Assembly: GCA_951406725.2 (NCBI GenBank)
Contig: OX597836.1
Span: forward strand, 34,100,001-34,164,000
DNA length: 64,000 nt
Origin: Octopus vulgaris
Taxonomy: Eukaryota
Direction of reading: 5' to 3'
Position numbers and translations under genes: made by a program. The notes under the pieces were generated by a model that was given only the letters and a program-made list of their open reading frames with translations, ran no database searches and had not been told where the DNA came from. Of this stretch, positions 1 to 15,574 are shown in pieces (within the stretch, counting starts at the first letter, position 1; each line of letters opens with the position of its first letter).

Positions 1-411
1 CGTAAAAGAAAGAAAGAATGGTTAAAAACAACGATTTTTGATTCGATCTAAATGTCACCTTTAATTTCCAAAAGAGATTTGCCGTTCTGCTTCTCTTCTC
101 TTACACTGTGTCTGTTCCATTCAATTTTGTTCAATGTCTATGTTTGGTCTTCGTGGTATATGCGTGCGTGTGTGTGTGTGTTTGTGTGTGTGTATGCTTG
201 TATGTAAGAAAATATGAATATATAGGTACGTAGGAATATTTGGGCTTACATACACATATGTAATACGCTCACACACACACACACACACCTACAGACACAC
301 ATACACACATACACGACACACATTTACTTGCATAAACTTATTATGTGTAGATTATATATAACATTATATATATACATATGTATATATACATAATTTACAT
401 ATATATGTATA

Positions 412-452
<41 letters not shown>

Positions 453-1520
453 TATAATATATGTATAAATGCATATACATATGTATATGTATATATATAT
501 ATAACGTTCTGCAATTTGTATATGTATGTGTATATATAAATATTTTATTCTGAATATATGAATATATATATATATATATATATATACACGCGCGCACACA
601 TGCACACACATAGACACACAGACGCACACACACATATATACATAAATTCACACCTATTCATATATATTGTAGATTATGTATTATATATATTGTGAATATG
701 TTGCATATATATGTATATTTAATACATACACACACATGCACTCACATACACACTCACGTACAAACGCGTATATGTGTATGTGTGTGTATGTGTGCATGTG
801 CGTGTAGATTTGCATTTAGAAGTCTATGCATATGTGTATGGTGTGTGCGCGCACATATTCCGTCCACTTGCAAACTGCTTAAGGAAAGGAAAAAAAGAGA
901 AAAAAAAGGAAACATTAAAAAGGAATATATAAGCAAAAAATGTGTCAGCCATCAAGCAGCACTGGTTGTCTCTGCAGAACGTCTACTGCTGTTATGGTTG
1001 TTTTCGCTACTGCTGCAGCTGATTCTTCTAATGGTGATGATGATTATGATGATGCTGACGATGATTGAAACATTTCTGCCTTAAAATGGCGGACGGTCAT
1101 CGGAAGCCATTTTCTGTATAAATGGTTATCAAGTTACGAAATGCATTTATTTAGAAGAACAATGATTGAATGTAGAGCACGAAAAAGGAATGAAAGGAAA
1201 AACACAAATTTTTTTTTGTCCCCAGTGGCATAGTGAGAGGATGTAGAGGGAAGCGCCGTTGACCCTTTTGAGCCTCTCTGAATGGTAGGAAGAGGAAGAA
1301 AGAAAGTGTTCCTCGATTTAGAGACCTCGCTAGATTGTTCTAATGGAGTGAACTCTTTTAATGGCTGCCAAGTTAACGAGAAATTTTACTTCTTTAATAT
1401 AAGAAAATTATATTGAAACACCTTCAGTCTGTAGTCTCAGAATTCCTTACCCCACCTCAGTATTTAGCATCTGAGAGATCATGCCCTCCCCTGCATAAAA
1501 TACCAGCTTATTCACAAATT

Positions 1521-2337
1521 CGATGGGGAACCCAAAAGTAACTGGAAACGTTCTCTGTGGGACAAGCCCGTTGTAGTTCAGGCTACCGCCGCTAGAACCC
1601 GCTTGATATAACTCTCGGGCATCAGTCTGCCGACCGGTGTCGACCTCTGGTGTCGAACTGCCACGTGATGCATCTTTGTTTTGCAGTGCTTCTTCCTTGT
1701 TTGTTGATTTTTGCAATGGCTGAAACGAAGGAACAGCACGCTTCCGTGAAATTCTGTTTTCTGCTGGGGGAAACGGCAGCCGAAACAGTCGTCATGCTTC
1801 GAACAGCTTACAAGGACACTGCCATGAGCAAAACACAAGTTCACAAGAAGTTTTCACGACTTTGGAACGGTCACTTGTCGCTTGAAGACCAACCTCGCTC
1901 AGGACAACCGTCGAGCTCCCGAACGAATGAAAACATCATGAAAATTGATGAAATGATCTTGGAGGATCGTCACTGAACAATTGAGGAACTTGTTGCTATG
2001 ACTGGTGTGTCCTGGAGCTCCTGTCAACGAGCTTTGACCGAGGAATTGCGAATGAAAAGAGTTGCAGCAAAATTCGGGCATCGCTTGCTCAGGGAAAATT
2101 AAAAGCTGTCACGACTGAATGCATGCCGTGAACTAAATGAACAGGTGGAAGTTGATCCGGGTGTTTTTTCGAAGTTCATCACTGATGACAAAAGCTGGTG
2201 CTACGGAATTTGCAGATGTGGAAGATGTGAAGAAAAAAACGACTAAGGGGTTAAAAGGCACGGTTAAAAGGCAAGCGTTCCAGCACTGCTTCGAACAGTG
2301 GAAAACGCGTCTGGATGGCTGTATGGAGAATATTTAG
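1521..2337 (+). mobile_element. Decayed mariner DNA transposon, internally deleted transposase
   Basis: From ATG 1716: MAETKEQHASVKFCFLLGETAAETVVMLRTAYKDTAMSKTQV...LEDQPRSGQP (mariner HTH region), ...RVAAKF..., FITDDKSWCY (first catalytic D motif). It then jumps to C-terminal EFADVEDVKKKTT...FQHCFEQWKTRLDGC. In-frame stops at 1974 and ~2100. TIR-like CGATGGGGAACCCAAAAGTAACTGGAA at ~1521. Confidence 0.9.
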
Positions 2338-2339
2338 AA

Positions 2340-2547
2340 CCAAACATCCGTCCAGACGCATTTTCCACTGTTCGAAGCAGTCCTGAAACTCTTGCGAAGT
2401 GATGCCTTTTAACCCCTTAGTCGTTTTTTTCTTCACATTTTCCACATCTGCAAATTCCGTAGCACCAGCTATTGTCACCAGTAATGAACTTCGAAAAAAC
2501 ACCCGGATCAACTTTCAACTGTTCTTTCAGTTCACGACATGCATTCA
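2340..2547 (-). mobile_element. Inverted duplicate of the mariner 3' part (fold-back arm)
   Basis: Diverged reverse complement of 2116-2326, with the same internal deletion junction. Confidence 0.9.
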
Positions 2548-3025
2548 TTAAATTTTCCCTCTTTGTTAAAAAGCCTTTTCACCCATCCCGAAGTACATTT
2601 GTTATAAACTTGCTCTTACAGAAATAATACCAACATCTTCCACCTTCATCTTACCAGCCCATATACTTTACCAATATCTGTATTTGAATATGTCCTTACT
2701 CGCTTTCATCTCCTTACACACAGATTTTTCACTCTACCCACCTAACACTCAACATACAGAACCTAACATAAACACTTACACAACTGGAGCACCCTTTACT
2801 CTTATTTTCCAGTGCACTATACTTCCACAGTTGCAATCCTCTTTACACAAATACAACACTTCCCCATATGCTCAATTCCAGACACATATACACTATTATA
2901 CTTATATTAACATACCATTATTTCCGACTTAACTACCCCCATAAGCCAATATTGCACCCTCTGTGGTTTCTGACTCATCTTCTTCTATCTCGTCTTTTTC
3001 TTAGTCACTCAATGATTCTCCCATT

Positions 3026-3066
3026 CTTTCTTCTGATGAAGAACTGACGTCCGAAACGTTAATATT
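3026..3066 (+). ncRNA. Degenerate minimal hammerhead motif (PLE-type)
   Basis: CTGATGA-A-GAAC-TGAC-GTCC-GAAACGTT. Core intact, one stem II mismatch, weak stem I. Confidence 0.55.
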
Positions 3067-3256
3067 TTTTCTCTTTTCATTACAGCGTTGAGCAGATATC
3101 TTACTTACAAACTCCGCACCACCTGTGCTGTACTGTTTGTTGTTTATTGTATTCACACTACAACACACTCTACACACACACGCATTATCACATATACACA
3201 CATATTATACTTCACACACACATATACACACACAGACACTCACATATATGTATATA

Positions 3257-3299
<43 letters not shown>

Positions 3300-3311
3300 A
3301 ATGTATATATG

Positions 3312-3402
<91 letters not shown>

Positions 3403-3839
3403 ATATACATACATACATACATATATACACCCACACACATTTACGCATGCTTATACATGCATATGTAACTTAGAAATGTAGATACATTCACATATACCTA
3501 TATAATACGTATACGCGCATATGGTAAAAAAAAAACTAAAGAGACAAAATTATAGGACGATTTATACAGAGAAATATACAATGATGTGAGTAAAAATGTG
3601 CATAACCGCATTCACCTGACGAATATTCATGCATACGTGCGTATATTTGTATGTATTGCCTGTATGAGGGTATTTGACTAGGCGGGGTGTATGCTGGCAA
3701 AGTACCGTGAAAGAATGTTAATTTTTGGATAAATGCTGTTTGACAACGTGCGTCTGTGAGTTTCATTCTCCGCATCTTATACATTTGTTATAGAGTTCGC
3801 AAATTCTATGCGCAAATTATTCACAGAGGAAGGAGAGGT

Positions 3840-3921
3840 AGGTAGATAGGGCGATAGAGGGAGATAGAGAGACAGACAAACAGATAGACAGACAGACAGA
3901 TATATATATATATATATATAT

Positions 3922-3980
<59 letters not shown>

Positions 3981-4139
3981 GAGAATTGGATTGATAGATA
4001 GACAGAGAGATAGAGAGACAGGCAGACAGGTAGATAGCTGGCTAGCTAGCTATCTAGATAGATAGATCGACAAACAACCAGGGTAACAGAAAAACAGAGA
4101 GTGAGAAGTAGATAGATAGACATATAGATAGATAGATAA

Positions 4140-4176
<37 letters not shown>

Positions 4177-4224
4177 GAAATAGATCGACAGACAAGCAGG
4201 CTAACAGAAAGAGAGAGAGAAGGC

Positions 4225-4274
<50 letters not shown>

Positions 4275-4389
4275 GAAGTCAGACAACAAGGCAGATAGAT
4301 AAGTATATGGCAAGATAGGGAGATTAAAAAGATGGAGAGATAGACAGATATATAGATATAGATAAAGAGATAATAGATAGATAGATAGA

Positions 4390-4426
<37 letters not shown>

Positions 4427-4530
4427 GAAATAGAGAGAGAAAGCTATAGGTAGATAGGCAGGTAGGTAGGCATGTAGGTAGGCACGTAGGTAAATAAGTA
4501 GATAAAGAGATTGACAGAAAATCAGACCGA

Positions 4531-4581
<51 letters not shown>

Positions 4582-4638
4582 CAGTAGCAGCAGCAGTAGC
4601 AGCAGTAGTAGCAGCAGCAGTAGTAGCAGTAGTAGTAT

Positions 4639-4689
<51 letters not shown>

Positions 4690-4690
4690 A
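3840..4690. repeat. (GATA)n/(GACA)n then (AGT/AGC)n microsatellites
   Basis: Visible tandem repeats. Confidence 0.95.
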
Positions 4691-5141
4691 ACGAGTGAGA
4701 TAAAGAGAGCGACGGAGACAGACACACAGACAGACAGACAGACAAAGAGAAACAATGAGCGGTTGTTCTCTCTATCATCACAACCCTTCTACATTCTACG
4801 TCTACAAGAAGAAGAATATTTTGCTGATAGATTATGAAACCAAAAGCTCTTAAGGCTGATTCTTTGGTGCTTTTCTTTTTAAATTTAGTGATTTCTTAAC
4901 CTTCCTTGAAGCAATCTATAAGCCATAAATGTCTGTGACAGAAGCGACCTTTCCAAAATGGTGATGCATTAAAAATGCCTCGGCTTGTCAAAAGCCCGCT
5001 CTTTTTATTAGTCGGCATTTTTCTCCCAGCTTATATACATGCATAAAAACATACATGCATACATATGCGTACATACATACACATACATACAAATATGTAT
5101 GTATATATGTATATATGTCTGTGTATTTATATATATATACG

Positions 5142-5182
<41 letters not shown>

Positions 5183-5498
5183 CTATGTATATAGGTATAT
5201 ATGTATATATATATATATATACATACATATGTGTATATATGTATACATATATATATATTTATATATAAAGATATGTATTTATAAATATATATATGTATAT
5301 ATATATGCATATATATATATATCTATATATATGTATATATAAGTATATATATATATATATATACATATATATATAAGTAAATATTAAATGAAATAGAGTA
5401 AAACAATTGACAATATTTGTATGTATCTACATACAAACATACATATATATGTATATATGTGTGTATATGTATAATACACCCAGATATATAACATATAT

Positions 5499-5544
<46 letters not shown>

Positions 5545-6061
5545 ATATATGTATATATATATATGTATATATATATATATAAATATGTATATATAAATAT
5601 GTATATATGTATATATATGTATATATGTATATATTTATATATATATATACATACATGTATATCTACGCATGCATTGCCTTTTCCGTAGCTTTTATACTTG
5701 TTGCTACAAATTTGCTACGGATTTTCTATAAGTTTTGTTTCTTTGTCATCGTGATTTCCTTTTGAAGGGTCTAAGTCTTCGACACTCAACCACACACACA
5801 CATATGCACACACAAACGCACACAAGTCATCTACACACATAAATCACCATATACAGGGTCTCCTACCTTCTCTTTATCTCTCACTACATACACACACACA
5901 CATGTATATGTATATATATATATATATATATGTATATGTATATATATATATGTATATGTATATATATATGTACATGCATGCGCATATGTGTGTATATATA
6001 CATATATATATTTACATACAAGCATTACATACATACATAAATATACATACATGCATAAATA

Positions 6062-6118
<57 letters not shown>

Positions 6119-6335
6119 TATATGTGCATGCATGTACATAAATATATACAAATGCTAGTATAAGCACTACCAATTTTATTCATATATATATATATACATA
6201 TATTCATAAATGTGTATATGAATATACAAATTTTGCGTCTGTATACGCGCATCCGCATACATACATGCATACATACATACACACACTCAAACATGTGTGC
6301 GCGTTTATACATATCTGTTTATATATGTGTGTGTT

Positions 6336-6382
<47 letters not shown>

Positions 6383-6739
6383 ATGGATGTATGTATATAT
6401 CTATACACAGCATACACACACTCACACCCGCGTATTATATATATTTATTCAGGAAACATCTATTATGGACAGTAGGTTACATTCAATGCATTTTATAATG
6501 TTGTAATATTTTCGGGTTTTGATTTTTATTTTCAATATTATTGTCCTGTTATATTTATTACATACTGAAATATGCATACATGCATGCATACATACCCATA
6601 CATACATATTACATACGTGCAAAAACATACATACAGATATATATATGTATATATACATATGTTTATATCGGCATCTATGTATATATGTGTAAATATGTGT
6701 ATATATATGTATATATGTATAAATATGTCTCTCTCTCTA

Positions 6740-6796
<57 letters not shown>

Positions 6797-7136
6797 TTAT
6801 ATACGCATGTATGAATATACGTATGGACTATTGCTAGAAAATGTCCGCTAAAAACGTTCAGTATCGCCCTGAAACCGAACATGGATGTAATTGGAGACAT
6901 TTTATGCTCAAGGTAAAACAAAATAAAGCAAAAAAAAAAAAACAACAACAAAAAACAAAAAAAAAAACACATAAATAATAAAAAGAAGAAAGAAAAACAA
7001 TCGCAAGCAAGAATAATCAAAATGCCACAAAAAAGAACCCAGAAAATAGAATAAGAGGAACGAGACAAAAGGAAGATAAACCTTTATGAAAAAAAAACAA
7101 CAAAAAACAAATAAGGTAAGCAATAAAAAATACTCA

Positions 7137-7960
<824 letters not shown>

Positions 7961-7962
7961 AT

Positions 7963-8215
7963 AACGAGGGCCCTGTCACATTTTGAAGACCATATCATTG
8001 GAGTATTCGGACAGTTGTGTCAAAATAACTGCCGTATTGTGTATCCTTTCGTTTTTGTGATTCTTAATGGCTGTCGACTTGTGTAGTGTGTAATGTTTGA
8101 CGGATACAATATCTTGCTGGGGCTTTTTTTATGTTCTTCCTTATCTTGCGTTTAGTGCCGTCTGGATTCTACTTGAGTTTGCTTTTTAATCCTTTCGTAT
8201 AGTTGTCTATATGAA
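7963..8215 (-). mobile_element. Possible decayed 3' end of an R4/Dong-like LINE
   Basis: Minus strand reads IHNTAVIL..TVRILQ* (frameshifted; resembles the KTALLGTARILR end at 24.7 kb) and runs into (TAA)n. Confidence 0.3.
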
Positions 8216-8220
8216 TTCAA

Positions 8221-8259
<39 letters not shown>

Positions 8260-9294
8260 AATCACTCTATTGTCCAGAGGATGTTGTTACGCATCGCTTG
8301 TCACAATGCGCTTTTCTCGCATCATTTTTAACCTTCTTATGATGCTACCTTACTGGTTAACTATTCTGTTAGGCTAACACTGCCCCTGAAGGGGATACCT
8401 ATTTACAGCTGAATGGACAACAATAACGTGAAATGAAGTGTTTTGTTCAAGAACGCAATATGCCATCGGTCTAGAAACCGAAACCGCGATTTTGCGATCT
8501 TGAATGGCTTGCTGAGTTTCGGGAGTTTGTATATCTATGGTGTTCCTGACTGATCACTTATCGCCAAACACTACATCAACACTGGCCGCCTGTCCACATT
8601 GTGCCAGAAATATGAATACAAAGCAACAAACAACAGCATCCCACCTTACCAAATTCTTGTGGAACCAGCATATAAAAAAGCCTGTCAAATACTATGCGTT
8701 TATTCTTTTGACCCGATCTGTTTTAAAAGTGATACATATATCGCTGTCTACCTTTCATCTCCTAATGACGGATATCTCACTCAAAATATCTGCCAGAGAT
8801 ATTTTATCTCCAATCATGTTTAGATGAGATAAGATATCCTATTGCATTTTTTTCCAAGACAGTTACAGCGTTAGGCCCTAGTCCATGGTACGAAACATTG
8901 CCAAGCTTTCGATCTTTCTGCAAAATGTTCCATATCGAGAGTTCTGTTTTGAAACAACGCTAACAAATGCCAGTTTTTGCTGTCCATGTTTACACTCGAA
9001 GCAATATACGCACGCTTTTGTTAATATTGTTTTAAAATGATTTCCCCTCACTCTGGTTAAAATATCTATTTTCTTTTAGTTCGTGTTTACTGATATTTTG
9101 AGTTGTACATTAGTATTCTGTTACTGTTTGTTTTCTCCGCATGAAATGTATTATGTAATGGAGTTTTATTAAACGTTTCTTCTCAATTTTCTTTTGGGGT
9201 TGAGCGTGGAGTGAAATTTCAGATAACGTAGTCCTTCATGTGTTCTTTTATTCTTTTATTCTTTTATTCTCGTATTCTGTTATTCTTTCATTTT

Positions 9295-9810
9295 TTAAAA
9301 TTGTTTCAGTCATTTCACTGCAGCCACGCTGGAGCACTGCCTTGAATGGTTTTAGTCGGACAAATTGACCCCTGAACTGATTTTCTTTTAAGCCTAGTAT
9401 TTATTCTATCTGCCTCTTGTGCCGAACCACTAAGTTACGAGGACGTAAACGCACCAACACCGGTTGCCAAGCGGTGATGGGGTGACAAACACAGACACAC
9501 GCACATATATACATACAATATACGTATGTATATATATATATGTATGTGTAGGGAGAATTCACGTTTTTACGTTTCGAGCCTGTGCTCTTCCACAGAAAGG
9601 AACACAGAAAGAAACAATGAGTGAAAAAAATGTGTGCTGTGGCTACCGATCTATCGACGGGCTTCTTTCAGTTTCTGTCTAACAAATCCTCTCACAAGAA
9701 TTTGGTCGGCCCAAGACTATAGTAGAAGACACTTGCTCCAGGTGTCACGCAGTGGGACTGAACCCGAAACCATGTGGTTAGAAAGCAAGCTGCTTACCAC
9801 ACAGCCATAG
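9295..9810 (-). mobile_element. SINE family B copy with ~100 bp insert at 9551-9654
   Basis: Reverse complement of the full copy at 52432-52850. Confidence 0.85.
9564..9599 (-). ncRNA. Degenerate hammerhead-like motif, GAGC/GCTC family
   Basis: Minus strand: CTGTGGA-A-GAGC-ACAG-GCTC-GAAACGTA. Relatives at 29351-29386 and 32621-32656. Confidence 0.45.
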
Positions 9811-10632
9811 CCACACGATCTAGGTAGGCTTTGGCTACCCATGCCCAATAACAATAACGATATCAACAGCAACAACAAACATTAACTGAAAAATATTCTT
9901 CCAGGTCACTCGACATGCTAAAAACAATAGCTATTTCTCCTCTAAATTACAAGCCTTAGTACAACCTCCCCCACAAAAAAAACTGGTTGGATATATTATA
10001 TAATTAAGTGGTAGAGACGTTATATCCGAAACTAACAGACGGGAGAGTCATGGATGGAACTTCTTTTCACAACACTTTCCTCCAATGGGAGGCCAGTCCG
10101 ATACATAGCTTCTCACTTTATAGTTTACTGAACTGGTGCAATCTAAAATGAAGAGCTTTGCGCAGGAACGCAATGCACAATCCGGTTCGGGAATGAAACC
10201 GCATTGTTGCGGCACCCTAAACACCAGACCACACTCCTGTACCTTTCTTCCTTATGGGGTCGATAAAATAAAGTACCTCTGAAGTACTGAGCTCCGTGTA
10301 ATCGACTGTCCCCTTCCCGAAAATTGCTGGCCCTGAGGTAAAATTTGAAACCATTTTATGACTACATTGTGTAGCCATTGTGTAGGCAGAATCGTCAGCT
10401 CGTCGGACAATGGGCTTAGTTATATTTTCTTAGGGGGGTTTTACGTTTAGAGTTCGAATATTCCTGAGGTCAGCTTTGTGTTTCATCATTTCTGGTCGTT
10501 AGAATAAGGTATCAGTTAAGTAATGGGTTCGATGTGACCGACTGTCCATTCGCATGTTAATTGGGCTTTCGCCGAAAATCTGAAACGGATAATAGATTGC
10601 TTGATAGGGAATGAACTAGGACTACACAAAAA

Positions 10633-11023
10633 GAAGGGGAAGAAGAAGAAGAAGAAGAAGAAGAAGAAGAAGAAGAAGAAGAAGGAGAAGAAGAAGAAGG
10701 AGAAGAAGAAGAAGAAGAGGAAGAAGAAGAAGACGAAGAAGAAGAAGAGAAGAAGAAGAAGAAGATGAAGAAGAAGAAGAAGAAGAAGACGAAGAAGAAG
10801 AAGAAGAAGGAGGAGAAGAAGAAGAAGAAGAAGAAGAAGAAGAAGAAGAAGAAGAAGAAGAAGGAGGAGACGACGACGAAGAAGAAGAAGAAGGAGAGGA
10901 AGAAGAAGAAGAAGGAGAAGAAGAAGAAGACGAAGAAGAAGGAGAAGAAGAAGAAGACGAAGAAGAAGAAGAAGAAGAAGAAGAAGAAGAAGAAGAAGAA
11001 GAAGAAGAAGAAGAAGAAGAAGA
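10633..11023. repeat. (GAA)n microsatellite
   Basis: ~390 bp near-pure purine tract. Confidence 0.97.
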
Positions 11024-11443
11024 AAAACAACAACAAAAATAACAATAACAAGATCAAGAACGAGAACAACAGCTGCAGCAACAACAACGAGAAAGACCAT
11101 AAGAAACAGCAAAACAACAGAATCTTGCAGGGATTAACAAAATATTACAGACGACTTACGAAGCAAGTAAAGTCAGCCATTTTGATTTTCGAGCGTAATA
11201 TATTATACTTATGTTTGTATTTATATATTTAATATAAATAATGGAAGCAAAAAAAAACCAAAAAAAACAAAAAATACAAAAAAGGGTACGAAAAAATATG
11301 TCTGGTTGATGTTACCATCACATAACTTTCCAGTACGATGATATTTCTTTAGTATAAAACATGTGGCAATATCAATGTCGGAGATACATGTTATTCTCAT
11401 TTCGAGAGAGAAAAATATGATTACAATGTTGTTGTTGTTGGTG

Positions 11444-11478
<35 letters not shown>

Positions 11479-11552
11479 ATTAAAAAATACCAGAGAAAAA
11501 ACAGAAACGAGGAAAGGAATAAAGTACGGAAGAACAGATGTGTGTGTGTGTG

Positions 11553-11608
<56 letters not shown>

Positions 11609-11625
11609 TATACATATATATACAC

Positions 11626-11664
<39 letters not shown>

Positions 11665-12106
11665 CACACACACATATATATATGCATGTATATTTATATA
11701 TATGTATATGTATATATCCATGTTTAATGTGTATGTGTGTGTATATATATATATCCATAAAGAGACAGAGGGAGAGAAAGAGTGATGCTTGTTGATATAT
11801 TTGACGATGTTATATATTAAACACTTACACATACATATGAATACATAGATATATGCATTTATACATACATGCATAGATACAAATATACGTTTATACATAC
11901 TACACACACATACACCCAAAACCCACCAACCCACACACACATATATATGCATACGTATATACATATTTGCATAAGCTATACATATACACGTATACACACA
12001 TGCAGACACATACGCCCACACGCACACGTATATGCTTATAGACATGTATACATGTATATGTAAGTATTTGATAGATATTTAAATGCATTCATCTCACTCT
12101 CTCTCT

Positions 12107-12137
<31 letters not shown>

Positions 12138-12301
12138 AATATATATATATATACATATACATATACATATACATACATATATATGTATATTTATGTATGT
12201 ATGTATATGCATGTATGTATGTATGTATTTATGTATGTATGTATGTATGTATGTATGTATGTATGTATGTATGTATGTATGTATGTATATGGATATATGA
12301 A

Positions 12302-12680
12302 GACGGCGAGCTTACAGAAACGTTACCACGCCGGCGAAATGCTTAGCGGTATTTCGTCTGCCGTTACGTTCTGAGTTCAAATTCCGCCGAGGTCGAATTT
12401 ACCTTTCATCCTTTCGGGGTCGATAAATTAAGTACCAGTTACGCACTGGGGTCGATGTAATCGACTTAATCCGTTTGTCTGTTCTTGTTTGTCTTCTCTT
12501 TGTTTAGCCTCTTGTAGGTAGTAAAGAAATAGGTATTTCGTCTGTCGCCACGTTCTGAGTTCAAATTCCGCTGAGGTCGACTTTGCCTTTCATCCTTTTG
12601 GAGTCGATAAATTAAGCACCATTTGCGTACTGGGGTCGATCTAATCGACTGGCTCCCTCCCCCAAAATTTCGGACCTTCT
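12302..12680 (+). mobile_element. SINE family A, full copy plus tandem partial copy
   Basis: GGCGAGCT..CAGAAACGTTA head, GAGTTCAAATTCC B-box-like motif, GAGGTCGACTTTGCCTTTCATCCTTTCGGGGTCGATAAATTAAGTACC core. Recurs at 18.1, 34.3, 49.1 and 61.8 kb. Confidence 0.9.
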
Positions 12681-13024
12681 GCATATATATGTATACATAT
12701 GTGTGCATATACATATGTGTGTATGTATATGTATATATACATATATAGAAACGTGAGTATATTGCATACACACACACACACACACACATACATAAATACA
12801 TACTCATCTCACATCCAAATAATTACATGACATAGAGATTGAATCATATATATATATATGAGTGTGCCTGCGTGTGTGTGTATGTATATATATACACATA
12901 CATATATACATATATATATACGTATATATATGTAAATGCATGTATATATGTATATATATATGCATATATATATGTGTATATATATATGTATATATATATG
13001 TGTGTGTGTGTATATATATATTTG

Positions 13025-13061
<37 letters not shown>

Positions 13062-13850
13062 ATGTATAGGAATGTGTACATACATGCTTATGCGTATATA
13101 TGCATGAGTGGTGTGATGGTAGGGTGTTGGGTTCGCGCGTTTAAGAAGAAGTTATTTCTGTTTTCGGTCTTGGTTCTCAGAGATACTAGATTTCTTATGA
13201 AAACAGCCTGATATTGCCACTCTCCCGATCTAACCAAACTCACCCCATTTTTATACCATTATCGCCCCTACCAGACCACCGCAAAAAGCAACTGCATCAC
13301 CGCGAATACCACTGCCATCGCTACTATATTAACTATAAAAAACCATGACTACCCCCCCCTTCAACATACATATCAACACTACGTTCGAACACCTTATCCA
13401 TCACTACCACTCTCTCATTAACAATACCATCACTACCATCTTCACCAATATCATTAAATGCCGTAACCACCGTCACACCGCTACCAAAACTACTTCCACC
13501 GCCACTACCATTGCCTCGACCACCATGACCACTATCTCCACCACAACGATCACCATCATACCACCATCATCATAACCAATACCACTACCATCACCACATT
13601 CACCACCATCATCATCTTCTTCATCATTACCATCGTCATGACGACTATGCGACATTTTAAAGTTTAGGGTGTTTTTGACAGACAGACAGACATGATAAAC
13701 ACAAAAAAGAAAAAAAAAACAGACTGAGAAGAGAAAATATAAAAAGAAGAAAGGGGAAAGAGAAGAACGAAGGGAAGCAAAATACGTACAACAGGCATCA
13801 ACAACAGCAGATGTTTCATACAGTGACACAAAACAATAAGATGTTGATTG

Positions 13851-13894
13851 AAATTACTTTTGATGAAGTGAGGTATAGCGAAACGTCATAATTT
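13851..13894 (+). ncRNA. Degenerate minimal hammerhead-like motif
   Basis: AAATTA..TTGATGA-AGTGAGGTATAGC-GAAACGTC-ATAATTT. Stem I AAATTA/TAATTT, ACGT stem III, GUC site; stem II poor. Confidence 0.4.
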
Positions 13895-14269
13895 TTCTGC
13901 TCCTCTTCACAGTAACGTAATTTATTCCACGTTGCTTTGGATCAGACACTCATATCGGTTTCCTTTGTAAGTGAATTCAATCGGGCCGCAATACGTTACT
14001 GGTACTATAGTTCTCGACCCCCTCGAGAGGGATTAAAAGCCGTGTGAATTTAGACATGTAAACTAACCTATCTCTAAATGGAATGTCGCTTCGTTTCGCT
14101 CTCTAGCACTTCCTCTAATACTGTAACTAAATACAACGCGTTCTTTGAGCAACGTGCTAATACGACTTGCTAAAAATAGCAGTCAACACACCAACAAAAC
14201 CACATCATCATCATTCTAGAAAAGACATGAATAATGTAGTTCTAGGCACCTTAATCATCATCATCATCG

Positions 14270-14612
14270 TCACCACGACGACGACCACCACCACCACCAC
14301 CACGACAACCACGACCACCACGACAACCACGACCACCACCACCACGACCACCACGACCACCACGACCACGACCACCACCACAACCACCACCACCAAAACC
14401 ACCACCACCACCACAACCACCACCACCAAAACCACCACCACCAAAGCCACCACTACCACCACCACCACCACCACCACCACCACCACCACCACCACCACCA
14501 CCACCACCACCACCACCACCACCACCACCACCACCACCACCACCACCACCACAACCACAACCACAACCAACACCACCACCACCACCACCACCACAACAAC
14601 AACAACAACACC
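14270..14612. repeat. (ACC)n microsatellite
   Basis: Visible tandem repeat. Confidence 0.95.
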
Positions 14613-14945
14613 ATCATGCCGTTTCGTTTTGACCTTGTCTGTTCATTCGGCCACTGTTCAAGAGAGATGATTAGAACCAAGTTGAACAGATCCAGCCTCT
14701 CATACTTATCCTGCAATGTCACACTAACAAACATAAACAGTCACATGATGAAAAGCTCAAAGCCACGAGATAATAATGCGGGATTAAGTGAAAACAGTGT
14801 GAATAAATAAGCGTTACATTCTACAAGAATAAACTGAACACTGAAAACAAATGGTAGACTTGTCTGTGGAGTACTCAGCCAGCATCATGTAATCCAATGA
14901 GTAGGGAGCCCACTTCATCCAGTTTAGTTTATTTACGTATGTGAA

Positions 14946-15270
14946 GGCGCGTGGCTTAGTGGTTAGCGTGTTCGGTTCACGATCGTAAGGCCGTGAGTTC
15001 AATTCCTGGTGACTCGTTGTGTCCTTGAGCAAGACACTTTATATCACGTCGCCCCAGTTTACACTCCTGGCAAAAATGAGTAGCATCTGTATTTCAAAAG
15101 GGCACACCTCGTCACAGGCTGTGTGTGGCACCGAATCTCCCCGAGAACTACGTTAAGAGTACGACCCGCGTCTGTGGAGTGCTCAGCCACTTGCACGTTA
15201 ATTTCACAAGCAGCTTGTTCCGTTGATCGGATCAACTGGAACCCTAGTCGTCGCAACCGACGGAGCACCA
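14946..15270 (+). mobile_element. SINE family C (tRNA head H2 + tail T1)
   Basis: A box TGGCTTAGTGG, B box GAGTTCAATTCC, GTGTCCTTGAGCAAGACACTT core, tail ending GTCGCAACCGACGGAGCA. Confidence 0.9.
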
Positions 15271-15574
15271 CTTTTTATTTACGCGTGTCAGTGTGTATGT
15301 GTGTGTGCGTGACTGTCTGTGTATGTGTGTTGTACGACTGTCAAGCCTTATCTATCAATGTAATTCCAGTCTGTCCACCACAATGGCTCCATATCATATT
15401 GACATTGACGTATTTTGACAAAACATGACAAGTACTTGACATCTGACTGTCATTTCATTTCTCTACATATACCCTTCTTCTTTCTTTCTTTTTTTTTTAT
15501 TGTTTTTTTTTCTTTTTCCTTACTCCAAATCTCAACAAATGTTTATTGGAAAATGTCCAAATAGATCACGATCA

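Noticed and set aside
6841-6885. ATGTCCG-CTAAAAA...GAAAC-CGAACAT hammerhead-like spacing
   Set aside because: Too many core changes, and no stem III or cleavage triplet.
8520-9060. Complex sequence with short ORFs, possible exon or LINE endonuclease relic
   Set aside because: No recognisable motif or clear splice-site pair.
10765-11232. Poly-Lys, protamine-like ORF
   Set aside because: Translation of the (GAA)n microsatellite.
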